In this document: piece by piece, positions 45,160 through 54,497 of the stretch
Position numbering within the stretch: position 1 is the stretch's first letter
Layout: every line of letters begins with the position of its first letter
Origin: a bacterium
GTDB lineage: Bacteria; JAHJDO01
Assembly: GCA_023129655.1 (NCBI GenBank)
Contig: JAGMBN010000001.1
Location: 1 to 56,523 of the forward strand
DNA length: 56,523 nt
Direction of reading: 5' to 3'
Position numbers and translations under genes: made by a program
Notes under the pieces: generated by a model
What the model saw: only the letters and a program-made list of their open reading frames with translations
Told to the model about the DNA's origin: nothing
Database searches by the model: none

Positions 45160-46455
45160 ATGAATATATTGTTTATTGTTCCTGATGCTCTGAGAGCTGA
45201 TAATCTTCATTGCTATGGATATCCAAATCAAACAAGTCCTTTCATTGATAAATTGGCAAAAGAAGGAATATTATTCAAAAACACAATAAGCACTTCATCA
45301 CATACCATGCCGGGTATTGTTTCTATGTTTACCGGGCTTGGTTCAATTACTCACGGTGTAAACGGTCCCAAAGAATATGAAGAGTGGAATAATGGCAAAC
45401 TATGGAGAGCATGGCAGACACCGTTTAATATTCTGAAAGAAAATGGTTATAAAATAGCCGGCTGTGACCAATGGATGTATAGCCAGTTAGGTTATGATAC
45501 AGAGATAAAGGACTTGAGTAATGCAATTGAAGAGTATAAAAATGAGAAATTTTTTATGTGGTGGGCGCCTTATCACACTCACCTTCCATATAATCCGGGA
45601 GATCCTTATGATGAAATGTTTATACCGGAAGGATATAAAATTAGTGAATCTACAAGAAAAAGATTGGAAGTTATAAAGACAAAAATGATTCTGCACAAAC
45701 CTGGTCTTTTAAGTCAATTTGAGGAGGACTTGGCAAAAGGAATTACAAGACGCTCAACTCACCCGATAACTGTGGCTACATTAACGGTAGAGAAAGAGGA
45801 TAAACCTGCAATTATGGCTTTATACGACGGAGAAGTAAGAACGCAGGATGAAGAGATAGAGAATTATATAAAAAAACTGGATGAATTGCATTTACTGGAT
45901 GAGACGATAATTGTAATAACTTCAGGTCATGGAGAAGAAATAGGTGAGAGAGGTTCAATAGGGCATGCATCTTGTTCGCTTGCAGGCACTTTGTATGATG
46001 AAAGCGTAAAAGTTCCGCTAATAATAAGATATCCTAAAGCGCTTCCAAAAGGGAAAGTCATTGATACTCAGGTTTCATTGATTGATATCATGCCGACAAT
46101 GTTTGAAATTATTGGGCTTGACATACCAAAAGAAACCGAAGGGCAGTCGCTTATGCCGCTTATAAGAGAAAAAACAGATTTTAGAGAAGAAGCATATTCA
46201 GAAACACGGCCGTGCGGATTTCAGCTTCGTGAGGGTGATGAAAGAAAGATATACGCTATAAGGACACCTGATTGGAAATTCATATATAATTATGATCCTA
46301 ATAACAAAGATAATTGCAAATATGAATTATACGATTTAAAGAACGATTCAGGAGAAAAGCGCAACTTGTTTAATAAAAAGACTGACATAGCAAATCAGTT
46401 TAAAGAAAAACTTGATAAATGGATTAAAAAGCCGTCGTTTCTTTTAAATAGATAA
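45160..46455 (+). CDS. alkaline-phosphatase-superfamily hydrolase, paralog of 13669-14961
   Basis: About two-thirds of residues are identical to the 13669 protein by eye. Same T-x-P-x-I nucleophile region (SHTMPGIVSMFTG), but TSGHGEE replaces TSDHGEE. Confidence 0.75.
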   Translation: MNILFIVPDALRADNLHCYGYPNQTSPFIDKLAKEGILFKNTISTSSHTMPGIVSMFTGLGSITHGVNGPKEYEEWNNGKLWRAWQTPFNILKENGYKIAGCDQWMYSQLGYDTEIKDLSNAIEEYKNEKFFMWWAPYHTHLPYNPGDPYDEMFIPEGYKISESTRKRLEVIKTKMILHKPGLLSQFEEDLAKGITRRSTHPITVATLTVEKEDKPAIMALYDGEVRTQDEEIENYIKKLDELHLLDETIIVITSGHGEEIGERGSIGHASCSLAGTLYDESVKVPLIIRYPKALPKGKVIDTQVSLIDIMPTMFEIIGLDIPKETEGQSLMPLIREKTDFREEAYSETRPCGFQLREGDERKIYAIRTPDWKFIYNYDPNNKDNCKYELYDLKNDSGEKRNLFNKKTDIANQFKEKLDKWIKKPSFLLNR

Positions 46456-46477
46456 TAGAACTTAGGAGCATGTGCCG

Positions 46478-47506
46478 ATGAAGTTGAAGATAGGTATAGC
46501 AGGTTTAATGCGTGGAAAGGTTTACGTGGATTGTTTTAGAAAAGCAGGCATAGAAATCAATGCGTTTTGCGACGCTAATGAACAAGTTTTGCGTCAGGCT
46601 GGGAAGGAATACAATGTTTCTAATCTATACAGCGATTACAATGAATTTCTCAATTCAGATATAGATGCAGTAGTGGTTGCAACTCCCTTGTCTCTGCATA
46701 CGGAACATTCTATTGCTGCTTTAAAGGCGGATAAGCATGTATTAAGTGAAGTTCCTCCTGTAAATTCTATAGAAGAAGCAAAAGAGTTAAAAAGAGCTGT
46801 TAAAGAAACAAAAGCCAAGTATATGCTGGCGCAGAACACCTGTTATTGGGCGCATATACAGGCATGGAGAAGGATGATCAAGGATGGAAAAATAGGGAAG
46901 ATCATATACGCAGAAACTGAATTTATTATGGAAAGCGTAATTGATCCCCGGCAAAAGCCAACATGGCGAGCGACTATGCCTCCGATCTGTTACTGCACAC
47001 ATAGTCTTGGTCCATTGCTTTCTATGATAGATGATAGATGCGTTAGCGCACAGGGATTTAAAACAGAAGCAACTGTTTGTAAGACAAAGCCTGATGCGGA
47101 ATTGGGAATTTTTAGAACTGAAAAGGGTGCTATAATAAAACTTCTTGTTGGATTTGGATTAAAAAGAAAACCTAGAGTATATTACTGGTCAATCTATGGG
47201 ACAAAAGGCTGTCTTGAAACACACCGGGATTTTAATAATGAAACAACACTGGCGTATTTTGATGATATTCCACATCTCAAAAATATGATTAATATTCCTC
47301 TTTCTCCTGACCACGTAAAAATGAACATTCCCGGCATGCATGGTGGGACAGAACATCTTTTAGTTAAGGATTTTGTGGAAAGCATCTTAGAGGATAAACC
47401 TGCACCCATTGGTATAAATGAGGCGTTAAGCTACGGATTGCCTGGCATCTGCGCTCATCAATCTGCAATGAATAATGGAGAAGAAGTAGAAATACCTGTT
47501 TTTTAA
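46478..47506 (+). CDS. Gfo/Idh/MocA-family NAD(P)-dependent oxidoreductase
   Basis: N-terminal Rossmann LKIGIAGLMRG, DAVVVATPLSLHTEHSIAALKADKHVLSEVP, and a C-terminal alpha/beta dimerisation-type domain. Confidence 0.8.
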   Translation: MKLKIGIAGLMRGKVYVDCFRKAGIEINAFCDANEQVLRQAGKEYNVSNLYSDYNEFLNSDIDAVVVATPLSLHTEHSIAALKADKHVLSEVPPVNSIEEAKELKRAVKETKAKYMLAQNTCYWAHIQAWRRMIKDGKIGKIIYAETEFIMESVIDPRQKPTWRATMPPICYCTHSLGPLLSMIDDRCVSAQGFKTEATVCKTKPDAELGIFRTEKGAIIKLLVGFGLKRKPRVYYWSIYGTKGCLETHRDFNNETTLAYFDDIPHLKNMINIPLSPDHVKMNIPGMHGGTEHLLVKDFVESILEDKPAPIGINEALSYGLPGICAHQSAMNNGEEVEIPVF

Positions 47507-47525
47507 AACAAAGGAGATAAAAACT

Positions 47526-48698
47526 ATGGCAAAACAAGGATTGGGAATGTCGGTAAGAACTTATGGTGAACGAGAGCAAAAACTTCTTCAACAGGTTCTT
47601 GCTTCGGGAAAGCTTTCATCCCTGGCAGGAGGGAAATTTGTTCCTGAATTAGAAAAAAAATTCGCCGAAGCAATTGGAACTAAATATGCAGTTGCAATGA
47701 ATTGTTGTATGAGCGCTCTTCATATCGCTTTGTTGAGCGCTGAAGTTGGAGCTGGAGATGAAGTGATTACTGATTCGGAATTTGTTTTTGGAGCTCAAGC
47801 AGTGCTCTATTGTAATGCAATTCCTGTTTTTGTGGATATCAATCCAGTTACTCATAACATGAACCCGAACAACATAGAAAAGGCGATAACTAAACGAACA
47901 AAGGCTATTATTGCTACTCATGCATGGGGATTGCCTGCTGAGATTGACAGGATTGTTGAAATTGGGCACAAACATAATCTTTTAGTTATTGAAGATTGCG
48001 CAGAATCAATTTTAGCTCCTTATAAAGGCCGAAATACAGGCAACTGGGGGGATATCGGGTGTTTTAGTTTTCAGTCAAGCAAACAATTATCAACAGGAGA
48101 CGGTGGGATGGCTACAACTAATGACGAAAAACTCGCTAAAATGCTTAGACAAGATTCCGGAGCTCCCACATCCGGCTCAATTGCTTATAATCTGCGTTAT
48201 GGTTACCGTATGACTGAAACAACAGCAGCTGTTGGATTAGCTCAGCTTGAACGTTTGCCTGATTTTATTGAAGGCCTTAAAATCAATGCTGAATATTTTG
48301 ATGAAGCGGTAGCTGAGTGTAAATGGATAGAACTCCAGCGCGGACCGGATGAGGCCGAGCATAGTTTTTATAAATGGGCTGCAACTTTTAAGGGAGAAGA
48401 ATACGGAATTGATCGTGAAGATTTTAAGAATGCCATTGAAAAAGCTGATTTCTCTTCGGTTTCCGTCGGCTATACTCATATGCCGAATTATAAGCATTCT
48501 TTGATCAAAGAGCACCTTGCTTATTCATTTCATTGTCCGAACAATAAAGAAAGCGATATTAGTTATCCTGAAGGTCTCTGTCCGAACGCAGAACATGTCA
48601 TTCCAAGACTTCTTATAGTTCGTATCATACAATCTGAGGAAACGGCAAAAAGAGAAGCTGAAAAATTGAATAAGGTTATAATGGAATTGGAGAAATAA
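47526..48698 (+). CDS. DegT/DnrJ/EryC1/StrS-family PLP-dependent aminotransferase
   Basis: 390 aa. CFSFQSSKQLSTGDGGMATT contains the PLP lysine context of the family. Confidence 0.85.
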   Translation: MAKQGLGMSVRTYGEREQKLLQQVLASGKLSSLAGGKFVPELEKKFAEAIGTKYAVAMNCCMSALHIALLSAEVGAGDEVITDSEFVFGAQAVLYCNAIPVFVDINPVTHNMNPNNIEKAITKRTKAIIATHAWGLPAEIDRIVEIGHKHNLLVIEDCAESILAPYKGRNTGNWGDIGCFSFQSSKQLSTGDGGMATTNDEKLAKMLRQDSGAPTSGSIAYNLRYGYRMTETTAAVGLAQLERLPDFIEGLKINAEYFDEAVAECKWIELQRGPDEAEHSFYKWAATFKGEEYGIDREDFKNAIEKADFSSVSVGYTHMPNYKHSLIKEHLAYSFHCPNNKESDISYPEGLCPNAEHVIPRLLIVRIIQSEETAKREAEKLNKVIMELEK

Positions 48699-48699
48699 A

Positions 48700-49425
48700 T
48701 TGATAATTGATGCTCACTGTCAGATTGGCAAAGGGCGGTTTTATGATGTGTCCAGTAAGGATTTGATAAAAGAGATGCGTATATGCAGAATAGAAAAAGC
48801 TTTTATATGTCCTGGGGAGACAGAAATTGCCTCAGATTGTAACAGTGCCAATGAAAAAATGGCGAATATTAAGAAAGATTTTCCTGACAAATCTAGAGCA
48901 TGGGCAGTAGCTAATCCGTGGACAGGTAAGAATGCAGTAAAAACTTTAAAGACTGCCAAGCAGCTTGGGCTGGACGGATTAAAACTTCATCCAAAAGTTC
49001 AAGGATATAATCTGAGTGATAGAATGCTTTATCCTTTAATAGAGTTTGCGCTGGATGTAAATTGGCCGATATATGCAGATACAGGCACTCCAATATGCTC
49101 AGAGCCAATGCAGCTTGTTGAACTTGCAGAGAAATTTCCAAAAGCAAAGTTTATAATGGGACATATTGCTTTTGCGGATTTCTGGTATGATGTTGTTGAA
49201 GCTATGAAACGTTCGGATAATATCTGGGCGGAAACCTCTCATCATGGTTCTGGCATGTTAAAGGCAGTTGTTTCTGAAATTAGTTCTGATAAACTGATCT
49301 TCGGGTCTGATTTTCCCATAGGAAATATAGAAGTAGAGTTGGGAAAGGTGAAAAACTTAGATTTATTTGATAAAGATTTAGAAAAAGTTCTCTTCCATAA
49401 TATAGAAGGATTAATGGATAAATGA
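48700..49425 (+). CDS. amidohydrolase-2 (PF04909-like) metal-dependent hydrolase
   Basis: TTG start. MIIDAHCQIG, GLKLHP and FGSDFP motifs. Confidence 0.65.
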   Translation: MIIDAHCQIGKGRFYDVSSKDLIKEMRICRIEKAFICPGETEIASDCNSANEKMANIKKDFPDKSRAWAVANPWTGKNAVKTLKTAKQLGLDGLKLHPKVQGYNLSDRMLYPLIEFALDVNWPIYADTGTPICSEPMQLVELAEKFPKAKFIMGHIAFADFWYDVVEAMKRSDNIWAETSHHGSGMLKAVVSEISSDKLIFGSDFPIGNIEVELGKVKNLDLFDKDLEKVLFHNIEGLMDK

Positions 49426-50198
49426 GGATAATTGACGCTCATTCTCATGTTATGTTCGGCTCATGGATGGGTTCAATACCTGACCCTGAAGGCAAAAAAC
49501 TTATCAAAGAGCTTGAAACATGCAATATAAGTTCAGCCGTCATTTCAGCTATTGACAGTCTTATTACCACAGACTTCAAGCTGCAGCAAAAGATAAACGA
49601 AAAGGTGTCTGCCTTGCAAAATAAATATGATAAAATTCTTTACGGACTTGGAACAGTTACTCCAAACGCCGGCAAAAAAGTAGCTATGGAGATTAAAAGA
49701 TGCAAGGAAAAACTTGGGCTTTATGGTCTAAAATTACATACATGGCTTCAGGCATTTTCAGTTATGGCAAAGGATTGTGATTACATATTTAAGACTGCTT
49801 CTGAATTAGGCATGCCTATTCTTTTCCACGACGGCACACCGCCATACTCAACACCTTTACAAATAGCGCATATAGCGCATAAGTATCCCAATCTTAAGAT
49901 CATATTAGGACATGGCGGACTCAAAGATATGTGGATAGATGCTCTTGAAGCAGCAAAAAAGAATAAGAATATTTATATTGCAACTTGTGGTACGCCATAT
50001 CTCGGGATAAAAACTATGATAAAAGAACTCGGCATTGAAAGAATTATGTTTGGTTCAGATTCTGGATTTGCGGATGCATCACAGACTATTTACCAGTTAA
50101 ACAATGTGAAAAAGCAGAACCTTAAAAAAGCCGAATTAGAATTAGCTCTCTATAAGAACGCTAACAGGATATTTTCCTTAAACCAAAACTTGGAATAA
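49422..50198 (+). CDS. second amidohydrolase-2 (PF04909-like) hydrolase
   Basis: MRIIDAHSHV, GLKLHT, ILGHGG and FGSDSG. ATGA overlap with the preceding paralog. Confidence 0.65.
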   Translation: MRIIDAHSHVMFGSWMGSIPDPEGKKLIKELETCNISSAVISAIDSLITTDFKLQQKINEKVSALQNKYDKILYGLGTVTPNAGKKVAMEIKRCKEKLGLYGLKLHTWLQAFSVMAKDCDYIFKTASELGMPILFHDGTPPYSTPLQIAHIAHKYPNLKIILGHGGLKDMWIDALEAAKKNKNIYIATCGTPYLGIKTMIKELGIERIMFGSDSGFADASQTIYQLNNVKKQNLKKAELELALYKNANRIFSLNQNLE

Positions 50199-50214
50199 CG
50201 AGAAGTAAATAATT

Positions 50215-51975
50215 GTGATAAACTTACATGAATGCAGTGGAAATTTTTCAATTTTAGCTGTAGTAGATACTAGCAAGGATGAATTTAGATATGTTGAACA
50301 GGGGTTCTTTCTTGCTTTTGAACATTTAGGGATTCCTTACAGAATAATAGATTTATCAAAAGAAAAATTAACTCCTGAAGAAATAGCTAATTCCCGAGCT
50401 ATTGTTATTGCTCAGGAAGGTATAGGAGAAAATTTTTCTTCGGCTGATGGAGACAGCATTAAAAAGTCCATAGAAGAGTCTGGTATAGGGTTGATTAATT
50501 TTGATCATCGCATAAATTCTTATCCTTCTGACCTTCGTAATATACTTATTGGAACAGATAAGAATATTAAATTCTATACATCAAAAGGACTGCAAATAAA
50601 AAACAACACTCATTTTATTACTGAAACATATGAAGAAAATCAAAAGGCAGAATTTTTGCAGGATATTGAAATGTCAATTCTGCCATCGTCTTTTGAGAAA
50701 GATAATCTTATTAGCTCATTAGAAAATTATCCTGTTCTGAGATTGTCGCGTCTTGGTAAAGGAAGAGTTATCCAATTTCTTATTTCTTCCAGGATGTGGC
50801 ATTCTGAATATTTTGGACACCTGAGTGGTTTTGACGCACTTTTTTATAAGTCGATTATCTGGGTTGCAAAAAAACCATTTCTTATGATGGCAATGCCTCC
50901 GTTTGTTACAGCAAGAATAGACGATTGTTCAGGGTCTGGAAGCCATTACATAACAAACAAAGAAAGTACAGTGATAAATTTCAGATACATTGATACATTA
51001 AATAAATATGGTTATATTCCTAATATCGGTTTGTTTCTTGATGACATCACAGACAGTGACGGAAAAATCATAAAGGAAAAATACGATAAGAAACTTGCTG
51101 AATTCTCTCCGCATGCATTTGGAGAAAGTGAGGACAGAAAGATTAAACGGCTTATTTATATGAAACATAACGGAGAGGAATATACTAAGAAAGAACTTAT
51201 AAGAAATTTTGAGAAAGTAGACAGGAAATTTTCTTCATGGGGAATAAAACCATCAAGAGCGCTTAACGCTCACTATGGTGAAACAGGAGTGAACTCTATC
51301 CCATTCTTAAAAGAAAGAAATCAGAATTTTGTAATGTCTCTTTCCGTGTCGTTTGGCAGCTGCTGGAGTAATTCTCCTTCTCATGATTGGAAACCCTATG
51401 AAATAAGAAGAAAAGACGGGAAATATGCTTTTATTGCTGATTATATGCCAGATTATCCTGAATTCTTTAATCTATCAAATGTGTTTCCTTGCGAAAATCG
51501 CATTGATTTTCTTCTTAAAAACACAAAATTCGAGGGAGAAAATAAAAAGAATGATATAGAAGAAACAATAAAAAAAGGAGTTGAGATAATAACACTGAGC
51601 CTGGATAGTTTATTCTTTGGATGTCTCCTGACACATGAACAGAGGATATCTGCTATGAGTCTCTGGGAATGGGAACAAGTTTTGAATGGTATAGATAAAT
51701 TAACTTCAAAATATAAAAAGATATTTAAAGGATATGACTATATTGCTGAATACGCAAAGAGCAGATATGATACAAAAATAACAGAGGCAAATTGTAACTC
51801 CACAATAGACCAGATAACATTAAAACTAAAGGGTAAATCCAGTTTGCCGCTAAAAGTTTATGTTTATGCTGATGAAAGCTGTCAACACAAATTTAAAGAA
51901 ATACCAGTATTTGAGGGAAAACTCACCCTGACCCTCTCTTTGAAAGAGAGGAAACAAAAAGACGAAAGGAAATAG
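50215..51975 (+). CDS. 586-aa protein of unassigned family (ThuA/GATase1-like N-terminal pattern plus unknown C-terminal domain), AT-rich copy
   Basis: Long ORF with a GTG start. It shares blocks with the next gene: HLGIPY, G(I/V)GL(I/V)xFD, H(F/Y)ITxT, GxGR, KSI(I/V)WxAxKPF, AMPPFxTAxxDDCSGS, FRYxDTxNKYG and THEQR. Confidence 0.8.
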   Translation: MINLHECSGNFSILAVVDTSKDEFRYVEQGFFLAFEHLGIPYRIIDLSKEKLTPEEIANSRAIVIAQEGIGENFSSADGDSIKKSIEESGIGLINFDHRINSYPSDLRNILIGTDKNIKFYTSKGLQIKNNTHFITETYEENQKAEFLQDIEMSILPSSFEKDNLISSLENYPVLRLSRLGKGRVIQFLISSRMWHSEYFGHLSGFDALFYKSIIWVAKKPFLMMAMPPFVTARIDDCSGSGSHYITNKESTVINFRYIDTLNKYGYIPNIGLFLDDITDSDGKIIKEKYDKKLAEFSPHAFGESEDRKIKRLIYMKHNGEEYTKKELIRNFEKVDRKFSSWGIKPSRALNAHYGETGVNSIPFLKERNQNFVMSLSVSFGSCWSNSPSHDWKPYEIRRKDGKYAFIADYMPDYPEFFNLSNVFPCENRIDFLLKNTKFEGENKKNDIEETIKKGVEIITLSLDSLFFGCLLTHEQRISAMSLWEWEQVLNGIDKLTSKYKKIFKGYDYIAEYAKSRYDTKITEANCNSTIDQITLKLKGKSSLPLKVYVYADESCQHKFKEIPVFEGKLTLTLSLKERKQKDERK

Positions 51976-51977
51976 AG

Positions 51978-53729
51978 ATGAATAACATCGTACAAGATCA
52001 ACAGTCAGAAGGTAATGGTACGGTATTGTTGTTAGCAGACAGTTCTGATGACAAGGCGTATAGTTATGTTGAAGAGACAATGCTTGCAGCACTCGGACAT
52101 CTGGGTATCCCATATAAAATCAGGGACATAGAGACAGACATTCTATCAAGAAAAGAGTTGCTTGAGCATAGTTGTGTGATTCTGGGACAAAATTGTCTTG
52201 GGAAAAAGCTCGGGCAGAAGGGTGCCGAAATTTTAAGAGATGCGGTTGGAGCTGGAGTAGGGCTTGTCAGTTTTGATGGCGATCTTGGAAGTTACAGTAA
52301 GGCATTTTTTGAGATTTTTAGGATAAATATCGGAAGAACTCCTCTTCTTTGTTCAGACATTAAAACAGTAAATGTTGAGCATTATATAACAGGTACGCGT
52401 GAGCTGGATGATGATGTTACTCTTTATAAACCCTTGGAAGTGTGGCCGATTGAAAGTCCACACTGCGGTTCTGTTGGTAAAAGTTTACTGCAGACCTCCA
52501 ACAATTGGCCGGTTCTGATTGCAAGCACCCATGGTCAGGGACGAGCAGTGCTTTTTACCGGTTCCGTCAAGTTATGGATAAGAGATATTTTAGGTCATGC
52601 ATCAGGACTGGATGATGTATTCTGGAAATCAATCGTGTGGGCAGCTCGCAAGCCCTTTGCAATCTATGCAATGCCGCCCTTTGCCACTGCCCTTGTGGAT
52701 GACTGCAGTGGTTCTTACAATCACTTTCGTTATGTAGATACAATGAATAAATACGGGTGGCTCCCGCACGTGTCGATTTTTCTGGAGAACATTGACAGGG
52801 TAATACACCAAGCTGATTATGCAGACTCTGCGAAGATGAAGGCGCTGTACGATGCCGGGCTGGCGGAGTTTAGCGTGCATGGTTTTACGTACGAAAACCT
52901 GGCGGTTTTCAATCACAGGGCAAGAAAACCACTTTCAGATGAACAAATCGTGGGGAATTTCAAGCGAATAGATGCCTATTTTAAAAAATGGGGAATTACC
53001 CCCAGCCGCTGGCAGAATTACCACTTTTGCGAGATGGGAACGAATGCATTTCCCTATATGAAGGAGCGAGGCGTTGAGTATTTGCACATGGAACTGAATC
53101 CGGATACAGCATGGTTGGATGTTCCAGATAACAAACCTGCTTTCAGACCACCTAAGCCATATCATCACCGGGGATTTTACATGGATTATCTGGAGCAGGA
53201 CACTGATTTCTTTATTTTCCATTCCATGCTGAATCCATGGGGGTTTGACTCGCCCGACTTTGTGCAAGAGACCGATTTTCTGTGGAACCATACGATTTTT
53301 TGGGACGAAAGTCCCTGTAATAATGTAGAGGATGCAGCTCGTATAGGAATAAAGCAGATCCGACGGGGGATTGATGCCAGATTTTTTGGGTATATCCTGT
53401 GTCACGAGCAACGGGTGGCGGTGGTATCCATGAAAGAATGGGACAAAATATTAGGCAGTATCCACGATGGGCTGAAGAAGTATGATTTAATCTATCGGGC
53501 GCCTGAATATATCCTTGATTATGCTCGCAGTCATTACGACACACGGATTGCGGATGTGTCAGTAAATAATGAGAGCGGCAAGGTACACTGCAAAATGCAG
53601 GGAAAAACTCGTTTAACAACAGCATTAGAGGTATATATAAATAATGAAAACAGTGTGCAGTGTGAATTATGCGATATTCCGCAATTCACAGGGACAGTGA
53701 ATGTGAAAATGCAATGTCCATTACCATAG
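51978..53729 (+). CDS. 583-aa homolog of the preceding gene, GC-rich copy
   Basis: ATG after AAGGAAATAGAG. It shows the same conserved blocks as 50215-51975 but a visibly different base composition. Confidence 0.8.
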   Translation: MNNIVQDQQSEGNGTVLLLADSSDDKAYSYVEETMLAALGHLGIPYKIRDIETDILSRKELLEHSCVILGQNCLGKKLGQKGAEILRDAVGAGVGLVSFDGDLGSYSKAFFEIFRINIGRTPLLCSDIKTVNVEHYITGTRELDDDVTLYKPLEVWPIESPHCGSVGKSLLQTSNNWPVLIASTHGQGRAVLFTGSVKLWIRDILGHASGLDDVFWKSIVWAARKPFAIYAMPPFATALVDDCSGSYNHFRYVDTMNKYGWLPHVSIFLENIDRVIHQADYADSAKMKALYDAGLAEFSVHGFTYENLAVFNHRARKPLSDEQIVGNFKRIDAYFKKWGITPSRWQNYHFCEMGTNAFPYMKERGVEYLHMELNPDTAWLDVPDNKPAFRPPKPYHHRGFYMDYLEQDTDFFIFHSMLNPWGFDSPDFVQETDFLWNHTIFWDESPCNNVEDAARIGIKQIRRGIDARFFGYILCHEQRVAVVSMKEWDKILGSIHDGLKKYDLIYRAPEYILDYARSHYDTRIADVSVNNESGKVHCKMQGKTRLTTALEVYINNENSVQCELCDIPQFTGTVNVKMQCPLP

Positions 53730-54484
53730 GCTTTTGGGATTTGGTTTTAGTAGTAGTAGTTTCTTTACAGGCAACGATACTGGCATATTTTTATCAGCCT
53801 AAATGGAAGGCTTTTATGCTGACATTGCCTATTCCATTTACAGTTGCGTGCATGGCAGTGGGACGTCCCATTGATGCGACCAATGTTTTGGGGCTGATTT
53901 TACTTCTGGGTTTTACACATGGGGTCAGGTTGTTGCATTATAAATTCCACTTGCAAATTATTCCGGCTATTGCGCTGGCTGTCTTGAGCTATTGTCTGTT
54001 GGGCTGGATTATTGTCGGTATTTTGCCGGAGGATAAAATTATTTTCTGGGTATCCAGTATCTGTGCACTTATTATTGCAGTGGTTTTGCTTAAGATGTTA
54101 CCTCATCGCGCCGAACAGGGACATCGTAGTTCTTTACCTGTATGGATTAAGCTTCCCATCATCGTTGGCGTGGTGCTTTTTTTGGTAGCAATCAAGAAAA
54201 ATTTGCATGGTTTTATGACTGTTTTTCCCATGGTAGGGGTTATTGCAGCTTATGAAGCGAGGAATAGTTTATGGACAATCAGTCGCCAGATTCCTGTGGT
54301 AATGCTTACAATGATACCAATGATGATGGTTTGTCAACTTACTCAAAACAGTGTTGGTTTGGGATTTTCTCTTGTCCTGGGCTGGGTTGTTTTTATACTG
54401 ATGTTAATTCCCATAACGAAGTTCATGTGGTCTGCTGAAACAGCAGCGGCAGATAAATCAGAAAAGGCTATAAATGTTGAATAA
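53714..54484 (+). CDS. polytopic inner-membrane protein (about 7-8 TM helices), unassigned
   Basis: Almost entirely hydrophobic helices (LVLVVVVSLQATILAYF, IPAIALAVLSYCLLGWIIVGIL and others). Start uncertain (ATG 53714 or 53669). Confidence 0.7.
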   Translation: MSITIGFWDLVLVVVVSLQATILAYFYQPKWKAFMLTLPIPFTVACMAVGRPIDATNVLGLILLLGFTHGVRLLHYKFHLQIIPAIALAVLSYCLLGWIIVGILPEDKIIFWVSSICALIIAVVLLKMLPHRAEQGHRSSLPVWIKLPIIVGVVLFLVAIKKNLHGFMTVFPMVGVIAAYEARNSLWTISRQIPVVMLTMIPMMMVCQLTQNSVGLGFSLVLGWVVFILMLIPITKFMWSAETAAADKSEKAINVE

Positions 54485-54497
54485 TTAGGAGATAGAT

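Noticed and set aside
52629-53625. Three long minus-strand ORFs (52629-52916, 52935-53411, 53212-53625) inside the GC-rich homolog
   Set aside because: They are antisense to a well-supported 583-aa gene, overlap one another in different frames, and have compositionally odd translations. This is the expected by-product of higher GC content.
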